DNA of 64,000 bases from Paragordius varius (GCA_964247055.1 OZ176050.1:4340001-4404000); one strand, 5' to 3'; counted from the first letter of the stretch, positions 1 to 14,090 are shown. Notes: generated from the sequence alone by a model not told the origin. Program-made: numbers and translations.

Positions 1-564
1 TAGCATATGCGTTTGCTATAACCCAAACAAAATAAAATTGAAACTTTAAATTGGTCCGATTAATTATGAAAACATATAGTTTAGATTTACCCTCAAAGCT
101 TCCCTTCGCCATTAAAAATTTTAAATTTACCTTTGAACATTTCGAGTTTCCCTGTGCTAAAACAAAAAATTTAATTACGATGATTTTTGATATATTTATC
201 ATTTTTTCTACCTATTCCTTACTTGTGTAAATTAATAACCAAAAATATAAATTTATTTTTTTTAAAAAATATTTATTAAAAAATACTATATAGAGTAATA
301 AAACAGAATAAAGGATAAATAATGTCAAAAACAAACAGTTAATAACAATTATAATAGATCACAAAAACATATTATTCATGGAAGTATTTGAAATGTGAAA
401 GATTTAGTTTAAACTGAAGAACAGGAAATTAGTGATTTTAGAATTTAATTTGAAATGTTTTTGATACATAGTGATTCAATATTCTTATGTATACATATTT
501 TGTGTTTTAGTAACATATCCACAAATGGTTGAACACTTCATCACCTTTAATAGCACCATAGTAA

Positions 565-1609
565 TCTATATATTTATAAAAATGGAAAATGCTGGCTTTG
601 TGATCTGGAATCGGAAAACCGGCCCATTCGCATCCAAACTTCGAAAATATATAATCATTAATGAATGCCCCGACAATAGCTTCACCCTTTTTTGAAATAG
701 GCCCCCAGTTCGGGCCCACCACGTGTGAAAAACGGGTTTTTTTGAAAACAGAAGTCCACAAAAATCGTGTCTTTGAGACAATTTTCCGTAGAACGTGTTG
801 GACCATTCAATTTCAAATATGATTTTTGTTTACTTATATTGCGCCGAACATAGTGGTCTCGCTTTTTTAATTTAGGCCCTCTTTTTACCCGCTCCCCCGT
901 AAAATGCCATTTTTTTCAAAAAACAAAGTCCACAAAAATAATTTTTTAAATCTATTATTCGCTCTAGGTATGAGACCGTAAAAATTCAATATGGATTCCA
1001 CGTATTCCCTGTTGAAAGGCAAAAATATTAGTCAAGCGTTTCTTTGATGATAGCTTCTGGGTAGGGAGCTACCCGCTAAAAACTATTCCTCATGTAACTT
1101 TGTGATCTATTTCCGGAAAACCGGTGAACCCAATCAAATCCAAATATCGAAAAAATATAATCATTAATAAATGTCCCGACAATAGCTTCGCCCTTTTTTG
1201 GAATTAAGTCCCCAGTTCGGGCCTACCTCGTGTAAAAAACAGTTTAAGACATTTTTCCGGAGAACGTGTTGGACCATTTTTTGTTTACTTATTTTTTATC
1301 GCGCTGAACATAGTCGACTCACTTTTTTGATTTAGGCCCTCATTTTACCCGCTACCCTAGTAAAATGCCATTTTCTTCAAAAAAAACAAAGTCCACAATT
1401 ATAATTTTTTTAATCTATTTTTCCCCCAAGTAAACAATATATTAGTATGAATGCACCGTTTTAAAATTCCTATATAATCATATTTAATAATGTTTCGAAA
1501 TAATCCACATATGTGGATCATTTTATTGTCCCTTATTTCAAATAGCTCCCCCCCCCCAGAAGTGCGAAGGACTTCCTCGTGCTGCGTAGTAGCACGAGAT
1601 TTACGCTAG
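565..1609 (+). mobile_element. Non-autonomous Helitron, copy A (1045 bp)
   Basis: Starts A|TCTATATATTTATAAAAATGG and ends hairpin-ATTTACG-CTAG|T. It sits between A and T with no TSD. The 5' module is shared with copies at 15617, 32874 and 57723, and ~600-960 is duplicated internally at ~1100-1420. Confidence 0.88.
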
Positions 1610-1807
1610 TTTTAATATATATTTATCATAATTTATGTTTCCCCCGATTTTGTGTGCAATGTAACCCTAATTATATAAAATATTTGTTTACGAAAAATAT
1701 TATAAACCTCGGTGATATTTTTTAAAATAACTTTTGGCGAAAATCTGTTGATTTTAACGCTAAATTCAATTATTTATATGGAAAATTAATCTATACAAAT
1801 TGTTTAA

Positions 1808-3320
1808 CACTTCATTACCTTTCACCCTTTTGTGGGCGATGACATATTTGGGTGGTTTTATAAACTATTGTTTTGAAAGTTGTTTTAGCTAAAATTCAAT
1901 TATTAAAAACTTTTTTCTTCTGTATTAGATTAAAAGCTTTTATATTTTACATGTCTAATATCTAGAGTCTAAAGTTGGGACAACTCTAAAACACAATTGA
2001 ACTAAACCTGATTTTGAAATTAATATAAGCTTTTGTTGGCATCATGTAATCTTAAAGCTTATAAATTCAAATTATTACATCCTTAAACATAACATTTATT
2101 TGCCTATGAATTAGCGATTTAAAAAATAGAAAAAAATGACGGCGAAATAGTGTGAGAAATGGGTTTTTTGCAATTTAATATTTATAATTTTTTTGTTTTA
2201 TGCGCCCAAAAGAGTAAAGAAAGTTATTTGTAAATTCGACCTAATATCTCAAAATTAAGCTATTTAAATATTTAATCATTCTGGGTAAAACTCCCAAAAG
2301 GTCATGAAGTGTTAATGAGATCTAACATGCAAAATCTTTCGCCAAAAAAAGATAAAATGCATAAATATTTTCAACATAATGTGGATATTTTCTCCTTCAT
2401 TGAATATGTAAAATATTTTACACTCCATAACCTCTTGTTGTAGATTAATATCTCAGAGCGATTTGAAATTGGAATATCTTAAAAGATATTTAAGGATTAA
2501 GCCGAAACTAAAATAGCTTTATTTAGCTTTTTAGGCACATTATAGAAAAACAATTTAAAAAAAATGAAAATATTTAAACAAATCCTCAATCTCAAACTTT
2601 GAAGTCGCCATTTTCTTTAATTTTTTAGATGTTATGCATTGTTTTCAGTTCTTCGAATCGAATTGGATGGTTGGTTACTCCAGGTCTTTAAATTATTTTA
2701 AAAAAAGATAGGAATTGAAACCATAGCAAAAGTTAGCTATTTTATAGCATTATCAAACGAAATATTAAAAAAATCATTCAAAATACATATTACCTATTTT
2801 AAGTGAAAACATAAAGATATATTAACTTAAACACTCCTTTAGGATTATTTATTTCCAAGAGCGATTTCTAATTTATCTTAAAATGTATTTAGGTTATTAA
2901 GCCGAATTTAAAAATATGCATTCTTTAGTTAAAGACATGTATAAAAATGATTTTTTAAAAAATGTAAAAAATTCACATCTCAAACTTTGCCATTTTTTTC
3001 TATAAAATACAAAATCGCTAAATCAACAAGCAAATAAATGTGTTATGGTTAGAAAATGTCAATATTTAACTATAAAAAGTTTTTATTTATTTTACCAGCA
3101 AAAACTTGATATATATAGAATTTTATATCTTCTGTTTGTTTTAATCGTGTTTTGTAGCTTCCAAATTTCCAAAAGTCATAAAACTGTAAAAAATATAACC
3201 TTTTAATCTAAAATTTGAAAAAATGTTCGATAATTACTTTGAAAACTGTAATTTGATTTTAAAATTAAATTTTGGGATATAATAATACCCCAATATATCA
3301 ACTAAGACAAAAAAAATGTG
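1808..3320. mobile_element. Foldback-type non-autonomous DNA element with TTAA flanks (piggyBac-like)
   Basis: TTAA|CAC...GTG|TTAA ends. Long imperfect inverted arms, e.g. 2060-2150 vs 2990-3070 and 1935-2000 vs 3120-3215. Confidence 0.55.
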
Positions 3321-3329
3321 TTAAATTAA

Positions 3330-3889
3330 CCCTTGGATACAACACACTCATTTTAGTCCTTCGATTCAAATTGGGGCAGTTGGCTACCCTTGACCTGTTT
3401 AAAATCAAATAATTTAAAAAGTATAGAAGGAATCGAAACCATGGCAAAATTTTGCACTTATATAACAAACCGAATTATATAAAAAATTCTATTTAAAAAT
3501 ATTTGATATTACTTATTTTAAGCTAAAACCGAAAGAAAAATTTGTCAACGTGACATGTGTGAAATCATAAAATTAAAAAGTTATACAAAATAAACCGCTT
3601 TTTTTATTTCTATCAATGTTAGATGTATAAAAAAATTAGCTTTAATTTTACACTTAAAATAAAATGTACGATATTTTGCAAAAATTTTGTAAAATAAAAA
3701 TGGCGTCGAAATAGTTTGACATGGAAGTTTTTTTCAAAACAAAATTTTATATAGATATTTTGGCATATCTTTATAATTTTTATTAGGATAGAAGCATAAA
3801 TTTAAATTGGGACCGTTTCCTTCAATTTTTTTTAAAAATATTAATTTAAATTCAGTCAAGGGTTAGAGAACCCAATTTGAATTAAAATG
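3330..3889 (+). mobile_element. piggyBac-like MITE (~560 bp), copy 1
   Basis: TTAA at both ends (3326-3329, 3890-3893), short TIR of type C(A/C)CTT(C/G)GAT(T/A)CAA, and a subterminal CTTCGATTCAAATTGG repeat. Homologous along its length to 14091-14650 and 25306-25853. Confidence 0.7.
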
Positions 3890-3996
3890 TTAATAAGTTA
3901 ATGTATAAAAGCATCAAATATGAAAACAAAATTTATAGCATATATTTTTTATATGCCCGATATTTTGACTTTTAAAAGTTTGCCTTACCAAATAAT

Positions 3997-6330
3997 ATGG
4001 CTATTATTATAAAAACTGAAAATGAAGATGAACCGCTTATAGAGTTAAATATATATTAATTATAGTAATCAAGAAAATTTAAAGGAAGTTTTGGCTATTA
4101 TGAACAAAAATTTTATGCATTTAGATAAGTTTTGTCAAGCAAATGAAGATAAATTACGACGATATATTAGTTGCGAATCTATAGCCGAATCACCCTTATC
4201 TCTTAATCGAAAAATATATTGGAAACAATTTCGAGTTAAATTGTTTATTTTTTTATCAATAATTTTTTGCACATCATTGCTACTAGGTATAAATTTTATA
4301 ATTTTTAGTACCCATTATTATAGTATTCCGTAAATATGAATCTCATTAAATCATGAAAATCGCATTTTATTTTTAATCAATGCAAAATATCTATCATAGT
4401 CAATTATATAGGCTTTAATTTCAATGCATTATTATTTATTTATATAAATTATTTTATTCGCCTTATACCAATAATTTTAACTATCCTAAAGTATTGTATG
4501 ATATTATGGCACCTGCCTTTTTTGAATAGAAGCTAACGGTACCAATAAGTTAAAGAAGGGTTTGGCTATGAACCAATTCAATTTTTCACTGATTATGACT
4601 GTATGCGACGAGACCCATATCATTAAAGATATATTTTTTACGCTTTAATATATTTTTTAATTTTAAAAATTGGAATCAATTATTTGATTAGGTTTTTTAA
4701 AGGCATTAATAGCACTTCTAATGGTGAACCAATTTTAGCATCGTAAGCTAATAAGTATTAAGAAAAAATATTTTAACTTTTTTGGTGCGAAATCTTTTAT
4801 GGTGATATTTTATACATACTTATACATTATTATGTTATAATTATTTATTATTATTGAATTGTATGAGTTCAGAAGGGACAGAAAAAGAATTAACGTGCTG
4901 GTTTTTTCCTCTGCACATGGGATCCAGTTGCTGATTGTTACGTTTTTTAACAGTTTTATTAGATATGGATGCACTTGAAAGCTATGCAATTGCATTGATA
5001 ATTTTAAACAGTTAATATTGTAGGTATTGTATTTCCTTTTGCCTTTATTATTTTTCCTTCGTGAAATATTTTTGATTACATTGCTATTTTAATTATTTTG
5101 GGTGACACTGTTTGCGTCCTAATATTTTGAGTATGCATGAAAGGATTGGTGGAATTTTAACTAATTTTTATAATTTATTGTTGGATATTACTTCTGAGGC
5201 AATTGTTGTCGAACACTTAGAACGGTTTGACTATGTATTGTTTGTCACTCCAGATTTCAAGGCAATATATGATTGATGAAAAAACAAGCGTTTTAAAGAG
5301 TTGCATTTTTCTTTTAATTAATATTTTTTTGGACGTCCAAATCTTTTGGATTTTCAATAAAGTTTTCTTATAGTATCTAGTCTAGATTTCAAAAAGTGTT
5401 AGTGTGTTACAGTCCTTGCATATGATAACACCTAAATATTATTTTTTCTTTTATTTTGTTGAATGGTATGTCACAGTTGAGACAATATGATGTAATTTGT
5501 AATTTTTCTGGATTGATACATACATAGTCCTTTCACACTTTTGTATGTTGTAAAGATATCGTAAATCTGAGATTGTGCCATGATACGCCACACAATGTCA
5601 TCCAAAAAATACCGCTAATTTTTATTTGAAGAAATACGTTCAAGAGTAGTAGAAAGAATATGCATCTTTGGTTGGCATACCTTTATAGATGAAAAGTTGG
5701 AAAAATATTTACTTAAAAACTGATTATAAAAATGATGCATATATCGATTTTACCTCCTTTGGTTCCAATCAACGCATGCCATATTTCCGGTTTATTAATG
5801 CCAACAAATCAAAATATAATTTTCTAACATCAAGATGGCCAAGGCCACTACCTTAGAAATGACATCTTTACAACATATACGAGCTGAAAGGATTGACTAT
5901 ACTCGGAGATAGATCAAAATCATATCATATTGCATATACTGTGATATACCATTTAAGCAAATAAACGAAAATTATTTAGGAATTATCATATCCAAAGAAT
6001 GAAACACCAAAAGCTTCGTAGAATCTAGATTAAACACAACAACGAAACTTTATAAATTTATAAATATGGTCGTCAAAAGAAATAGCAATAAAGAGGAAAC
6101 TGCGGCTATTTAAAACCCTGTTTTATCTATAATTTACTGCTTAAAGTTTGGGACGACAAATATATAGTTAAGCCATTTCAGGTGTTCGTAAACAATTGTC
6201 TAAAAGGGATCATTAAAAATATCTGATCTCAATATGGGAAAAGGGTAAATTCACATATCTCATATTTCGATAAATTAGGAATAGAGAGTCGCCCCGAAAG
6301 ATTATTCGATGAAAATGAAAACTAATAAAA
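3997..6330 (+). pseudogene. Possible decayed gene remnant of unknown family (N-terminal hydrophobic segment)
   Basis: ATG at 3997 and ORF 4091-4333 with a TM-like stretch (LFIFLSIIFCTSLLLGINFIIF) ending at a GTAAAT donor. An AG/GTAAG-bounded exon candidate lies at 4692-4742, followed by coding-like sequence broken by stops in all frames. No family recognised. Confidence 0.25.
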
Positions 6331-8177
6331 TGGTAAATACAAAAAAAGTTACTTAATAAATTTAGAACAATATTGACTGTTCAACATCTAATCAATCATA
6401 TCTATTTCGAACGAAATTTAAACTGTTACAATATTCAGATATATTCGCGTTTAAGCATATTATACAAACTGAATCCCATCTACACATTAAAAGGCAAAAA
6501 AATTTCCCTACAGGTTTTTTTCTCATACTAAAATCAAATAATAATAATTTAAAAGTAAAAAATAATTATTCGAAAATTTTAATAAAAAAGTGTAATTTTT
6601 TTCCCAATACTAATAAAGCTTTTGATACTCTGACATCAATAGTAAAAAGGGTATATATTGTGCCAATTCCTTCTTTTTAGATAGATTACTTAATTATATC
6701 TTAATTCAAACAATTATTTGGTTTTGATTATCGGATGTTATTTTAATTTTAATCAAAGGTAATTTGCATGGTATATTTTTTTATTTTGCTAATAAATAAA
6801 TTCATTTATCTATTTTTTTATTTTTTCTTCAATTGTTAGTTGAATATTTTATGGTTGATCAATATAATTTTTGGAGTTTGCTATTTGAATTAAAAAAAAC
6901 TTCAAACGATTAAGATTTTATCAATTTTTAACTAACATCCTTACTAAATATTACCTTTTCATTCAAGAACAAAATTGGAACGGATTTTAATTAAAGATAA
7001 TTAGGTGTTTTTCTACGTGTATATTTATTAGTTCCATAATTTAAATAAATAAACCCTTTATCAATCAAATATTTTTTTATTGCTAAAATATTATGAAATA
7101 GAAAGAAATAATTACAAATATTAGCTTATTTAAATTGAAAATTTCAAAGAAATAACAATATCAGAAAGGATATTTTATACAAGGCCAACTTGAAAAGGTT
7201 TGTGGCACCTCTATATTTTATTTATTTTCCCAGAAATAATTCCTATTTTTTTCAATGTGGTCGTTAGAACAATATTAATTAATGTCACATGTTTAAAATC
7301 ATAATATAATATTTATAATGGTGAATACAGTATGAATATTTTTGTTGGCTTATTCAATTCACATTATGTATGAATCAATTGGCAACACAGTAGTGTATGG
7401 AAAAATAATAAAATGTTGATAATTTTTCCTTTTGCTTATTAAATTATAGGCAAACTTTGTTTTATATCACACATTACTGTATGATCAACATAATATTAGC
7501 CAGCTAAATGTGCATTCTGTAAAAATATATAAAATGTTGAACGAGATAACTCTTTAAAACAAAGAAATTATTGACAAAAAATATAATATAACTTGTATAA
7601 ATATGATAAGTTATATTTATTTAAAACAATAACCACATATTTGTGTAGTACCAATCGATATTATTATCACATACAATGTTAATGAGAGTGAAAATCAAAC
7701 ATTAAAAAAATTGAACAAGTGTGCATGACAAAAGTTGATATAAATAGGTTAATACAAATTATTTTTTTTGCAATATATTCCTTATCATTTTATAGATAAA
7801 AGAGATATATGAGGTTAATTTTGTTTTTTACAATCGTTACAATTGATGCATTTTATATATTATATATATAAATTTTTTCATAATTATTTTAAATAAAAAA
7901 TGTTATCTATAATGTGAGAATATTTGTTATTATATCAAACCATTAAATCACATGCTTGCAATGAAATTTGGTGAGGAAGTATTTAAATCATTAAATATAT
8001 TATTAAATAATGTAATACAATTAATGTGTTAAAAATAAAAATAGAACCGGGAACACGTCATGTAATTATATATTTCAAATCAAATTTAGCATTCATATAA
8101 AAAGTTAATTGGCAATTAAATTTTAATATTAGCATGTACAAAAACATTCGCTAAAAAGTTGTTAATAAAATTGACTT

Positions 8178-11100
8178 TTATGTAAAAGTGAGTCCTGCCT
8201 CTTTATAACTCGTAAAGATTTTATCGATGGCATAAATGAATGCGGCAGTGCGTACATCCAAACCCAGTTTGTATTCCTCCATAATTTTCATAATGTTCTG
8301 AAGGAATAGAGTAATATTCAAAATTTCAAAGAAAAATATAAAAAGTGGAGAAAAAGTTTATCAACAAAGTAATGATACCTTTGCAGATCTTTCCATAGTG
8401 TATTCCAAGCCAGAGTTTACAATATCCTTTTCACTAGCACCCTAAACAATTTAATAAAAGCTTTAGTGTTAAAATAAACTATGATATCAACATTGGTTTT
8501 CTAACAAATTAATATGATGGAATTGTAACAATAAAATATTTTATAAAAATTAGCATTTCAATATATTAAAAACAATAATGTTTGTAAAAAATTAAAAGAA
8601 GTGGGTGTAATCTATTCTGCTAACGTGCTAACAAATTATGCTTTTTGAATAACAAATGATTCAATATAAATATTATTTTAACAACTTACTGCTATGCGTT
8701 TTTGAAATGCGTCATTAGGTTCAATGATTATCCCATCACCAAACTTCTTTTCCAAACAATCTTGTACACTCTCTAAAAAAGGTAAGTAAATGTTAAAATC
8801 AAATTGTAAATTACAGTAAAAATTTAATTTTTACAAATAAATCATAAAAACACAAAATTTCAAAAAAAACCATACTTTTTAAACCCGTTCCCAAAAAAAT
8901 TATTTAATTATCATTGTAATATATATAATACATAATTGATTGTGGTATCAAATTATTTCACTCTTTGAGAAAAAATTTGTATTTACGTTTGCATAATTTC
9001 GATTTTTACAGTATTAGCAAAAAATTCAGTTATTCACATACTTAGCAAATGATAATTGCTTTCCTTCTCATGCTTAAAATGTAGCCGGCCATAACTAACG
9101 TGATTCAAATTCTTGAGCCATTCAAAGTATGAAACGGTCACGCCCCCGGCATTAATGAAAAGGTCAGGAAGCATTAAGACTTTTCGTGCCAACAAAAGTT
9201 TATGGGCTTCAGGTGTAACCGGTCCATTTGCACCTTCAGCAATAATCTGAACAAAAATGCATCAAAAAATATTCAATAGTAAGAGTTGTAACCAAAGAAT
9301 TTGCGCAAAAAAAATCAGAAAACTATTATATATGAAACAAAAATAAGGCAGCCTATATTCATTTTGTAGAACCTCTCTTTATTTTATAAAAATAATAATC
9401 GGTTATGACGGTATAAATCGCTTTGACAAATTGTTTAAAGTACACGTCCGTTTTCAAAAAATCCCTTCTGGTTTTCTTTACCATTTCAAAACCAATTTCA
9501 AAATAGCATCATAAATAAAAATTAAAGCCATATGTTAAAAATATAATCTATTAGGATGTGTTGCTTTTAATTTTCGATTAGGCAATTGTTTTTTCAAAAA
9601 GTATTCCTTGTAATTTATCTTTTATCGTAAAAAAATATATATTTTCATTTAGACATTATATATATATATATATATATATTATTTAGTCGCGCGAATAATT
9701 TGTAATATTAACGTTTAACATTCAAGCTATTGATAGAATAAAAAGAAAATATATACCCTAGCTTTAACTTGATGAGCGTTAAATTTGTCAATAACTTTTT
9801 CTCCAGCTGCTGGCACCAATATATCACATTGTTCAAAAATGAGATTTCGGTCCTTGACAACCGTCGTGTTTGGAAAACCAAATATAGTTCCATTAGCCTA
9901 AAAAACCATTATATAAAAGAGAATAATATTAGCACCGAATTTTTTTCGTTCTACATATTCATTTTACATATAGTATAGTTGAATATACAATTGAAAATAT
10001 AACCTACCAATGTGTAAAATTAAACATATGTTGTACAGAAAAAATACGTATAAACTAACCAATTCTCCAAAATATTATATCAATCCATTAGTTATAGACA
10101 ACTTAAATTACATACACTTCCCAAGTATAAATCTTTGTATAACTTACAATCTTATAATCTTCCAGTTCTTTAGGGTCAATATGCGTTCCTGGAGCAGCTA
10201 AAATACCACCATCTTTTTCCTGAACCGCTATACATTTGGCTCCAGCTCTGTGCAAATATCTCATGCTGTGCATCCCAACATTCCCAAAACCTTGAACTAT
10301 AAAGGTTTTCCCTTTGAGTCCAGGCTTGTCAAAACCAATGGCAGACATTAGGGCTGGTTGTTTCACAAAATTTTCAAGCCCATGGAATAAACCCTAAGAA
10401 GTAAAAGGCAATGGTAAGAAAAATTGTAACATTTTTAAGTTTATTTGTCACAAATGATTTTTGAAACAATATCCAATTTAAACATTTTTTTAAAGAATTA
10501 CAATATAAATTATACAGTAAAATTTTGCAAGTTACTATAATTATGGATTAAGGTGAATTAAAATAGTAATAGTTTTTAAAAAGCCCAATTATACTAATAA
10601 AGTTTTTTTATTTTATCTACTCGGCCAGTAGCTGAAGTACGCCCGTGAATACCGCCCATGGCTATAGGTTTTCCTGTCACACATGCATGAGCGTTTATAT
10701 CCAAATGACCTACGCAATATTAAAAATTATTTAGAATGTAACTTTACAGTAAAAATTAAAATAAAAGGGTTTAAGGTAAAATCTTTACAAAAAACTATAT
10801 TTTTAAATCATGTGTAAAACTTAAATTATTTATATTATGAAATTTAAAATGAGTTCGTTTCCCCAATTAACATACAGTGGATTAAAAAGAATATTTGTAG
10901 TAAAGAAATTAATATTATGAGTAAAAAAATGAATATGCGTGAAAATAAAAAAGAAACAAAGGGCCATAGTTCACGAGTAAGCTTTACCATGCCCACCAAA
11001 TAATAATTATTTTTTACTATTACTAATGAAGGAAGAGAATATTACGTAGTAGTATGGTATTACATACTCAATAAATGCCTTACTTTCCTTTTTTTTCGTT

Positions 11101-12646
11101 CACTAATAGTAAAATATAATTATTATTTAATGGGTATGGTAATGTTTACTCGTGCACCGTGGCCCTTTGTTTCTTTTTTATTTTCACTAATATTCATTGC
11201 TTTACTCCTAATATTCATTTCTTTATTACAAATATTCTTTTATTTAATCCACTGTATCTACTAAGTAACCCAAAACGATAAAATATATGTTACGAGTTAA
11301 AAATATGGTTTTAATAGAACAATATGTGTCATTTGTTCTTTATGTTTCGTTTAAATAAATTATCTTTTTTGTTTTTTAGATTTGAAAAGAATAGTTTCAA
11401 AGATTTAGATTATATTGAAAAGTAAAAATTTTAGGGATTCAAACCAATAGTCATTGCATAAGTATCTGCTATCCAAGCCATTTCACGCGCTCCAGTTCCC
11501 ATATCAGGAGCTGGGACATCTATACCTGGGCCTAAAAATATAGTAAAAAATATTAAATTTATAATAAATTTAGGTAAATTATTGTGTTCCCTAAACCTTT
11601 TTATAATTATAATAATTGCATGTAATAAATAATTTTAAGAAATATATGTAATATTAATGTAATATTTTATCATTGGTTGATTGGTCGGTGATATGATATT
11701 TGTTATTTAATGTATCCCCTAAAGGGGTATCCTTAAATAAATATGGTGAAATTAAAGGTTATACGACAGTACACTAAGTTAATGATGCAAAATAAACATT
11801 ATACAAAAAGATGTGTAAAATGTGTGACAAAATGCAACGTATTAAAAATTTGCATTAAAAAATGCATACACTATCCTTTTTATCATAATGAATGATATGG
11901 GTAGTTAAAAAATGCATCGATCGATCGATCAATTATATATGTAAAAAATAAAATAAAAACTAACCAATGAATCCCTTTTTGGCCAATTCAATGGCAAATC
12001 TTCGAGTGATTTTTTCAATTTCACTTTCGGAATATAATTTAGGGTCAATTTTAACACCGGCCTTGGCTCCACCAAAAGGAGCATCGACCACAGCACATTT
12101 ATAAGTCATGAGAGCAGCTAAAGCTCTAACCTCGTCCGCATTGACTTCCGGACTAAATCGAATACCTGACAAAAAACAATAAAAATAAATGATAAAAATA
12201 ATTTAAAAAAATAAATTATTACCTCCTTTGCACGGTGTTCTATGTTGACTGTGTTGCGCTCTCCACCCATAAATCATTTCATAATCTCCATTATCTTTTT
12301 TGATGGGAAATGCGACGGATAAAAAATTGTGGCACGGTTGAATGATTTTGAGTATACCTCTAACTTTTTTCAAAGTGTCGTTTTTATTTTCACCCTTGCG
12401 ATGATACTTATTGGCTAAAGAATCTTCAAGGTGAGTTGATGCTTTGATAAAATAGTTTTCAACCATTTCAAAAAAGCTGGGGCTATCGACTTCGATTGTT
12501 TGACTACCTTTGTCCGCGGAGGAAAAATATTCGTCCTTTGTTGATGTCATTGGCATACTCGAATATAAACATTTTGGTTTTGTCGAAATCAAAAGTGAAT
12601 AGCATTTTTTAAAGAGATGAGAATTATAGGATGGTAATTTGGACAT
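8178..12646 (-). CDS. Gdh: Glutamate dehydrogenase, mitochondrial (animal type with antenna), 552 aa, 10 exons
   Basis: Exons 12646-12223, 12165-11965, 11531-11445, 10709-10621, 10393-10148, 9897-9757, 9246-9042, 8772-8690, 8441-8379, 8297-8178; all GT-AG, total 1659 nt in frame. Motifs: [88 protein letters not shown]. Basic/Ser-rich transit-peptide-like N-terminus. Confidence 0.97.
10875..11254. mobile_element. Tc1/mariner-type foldback MITE in Gdh intron 3
   Basis: TA|CAGTGGATTAAA...TTTAATCCACTG|TA, with ~170-bp inverted arms. Confidence 0.8.
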
Positions 12647-13064
12647 TTGTGTTAGATGATAGAACTGGAATAAATGTAAAGCGACACACCTTTTTTACAC
12701 GACCAATGATATATTGGCAAAACAAATAAAATAATTTTACACTAGGAAAATTAAAATAATTATTTTAGTTTGATAAAATTTAAGTAATTAAATAAATTGG
12801 AAGTGATTGTGATATACGAATAAAAAAGAGGCTAATAAATTATTGCTAATATAATATACAATTTACAAATATAAACGAGTATTTTTTAAATGATCAATGA
12901 TAGTTTTGCCGCAAATAATATAATCTAGAATCTGTCATATTATTGCAAAAAAATATTTAAAGTTGCAATATGTAGGCTATTTAGCACTTCATGTTTTTTG
13001 GCCTGATGCAAGCAAAGCGATGTTTAACTAAAATTTAAAAAGCATATTCCGAGAGAAAATGTAT

Positions 13065-13765
13065 CAGAAATCTCATGGTGGTTTTGTGCTTAAGAGTGAT
13101 ATAAGAAAGTTATTTACACTTTTGTGGTAAGCTTCATATCAGAACATGGCAAAATTTGAGCACATTCCTTGTAACAATTTTTTTGATGAAAGCTAAATAC
13201 CTTATTCTTACATTATCACTAAATATATCATAAACTACTTATAAAAACCAAAGTATATAATAAATCACTAAAATTTAAAAGTAACCGGATCTCAAAAATC
13301 ATTAAATATATTATAAACTACTTGTAAAAAGTAAAAGTTATTATACCTAAATTTGACCGTTACCATCATGCCTAAAAATAGTAGGGAGCACGCTTTAAAA
13401 AATTTTTTAAAAAAATTAATTTATTGTAAATAGTATGCATTTTTGAAAAATATTTTTTATGTCAAAATTTAGCATATATTTAATAATTTTAGGCGAAATT
13501 CCGGAATAGCCCATATTAGAAGAGCAAAAATATTTGGGACTTTCAGAGCCCACATAAATTCAAAAATTCTTAAAATGATGTTTTGCTTTTTGTAAAAGTT
13601 AATGATATACTTTAGTGATGAAATGAAGCATTTAGCTTTCAGCAAAAAAAATTATAATAAAAATATGGTCAAAATTTGTTATTTTCTGATATGAAGCACT
13701 TACCACAAAAGTGTAAATAACTTTCTTATATCAATCGTAAGGGCCAAAACCAATAATACTATGAT
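13065..13765. repeat. Foldback element with long inverted arms upstream of Gdh
   Basis: TGATATAAGAAAGTTATTTACACTTTTGTGGTAAG (~13094-13128) is inverted at ~13696-13730. A second arm pair lies at ~13180-13245 vs ~13585-13650. Outer boundaries uncertain. Confidence 0.6.
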
Positions 13766-14090
13766 AAACCTGAACATTTTTCAATACGATATTTATTTCA
13801 CCAAGATATTTCATGACCTCCGATTTCGTACACTGTGTATAGGGAATTTTTATGTTTTTTTAATTTTTAGGGGCATATTTATGAAAATATTCCTTATATA
13901 AACATTAAATTAATTCTCATTTCAAATTTTTAGCCGCCACATTTTAAATAGTAAGTGCAACAGGCATAATTGTATATTTTGGTTAAAAATATATAATAGA
14001 TAATTTATTTGATATTTTATTCCCACGTTTTTAGAAGTTGAAAAAATTCAAAATATATGCTCAACAGAGGAACAATGTTTGATAGTTTAA

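Noticed and set aside
471-806. ORFs 471-695, 507-806, 566-781 and their look-alikes at 32576-32794 and 57414-57626
   Set aside because: They are chance translations of the Helitron 5' module; the similarity reflects the DNA repeat, and frames and stops differ between copies.
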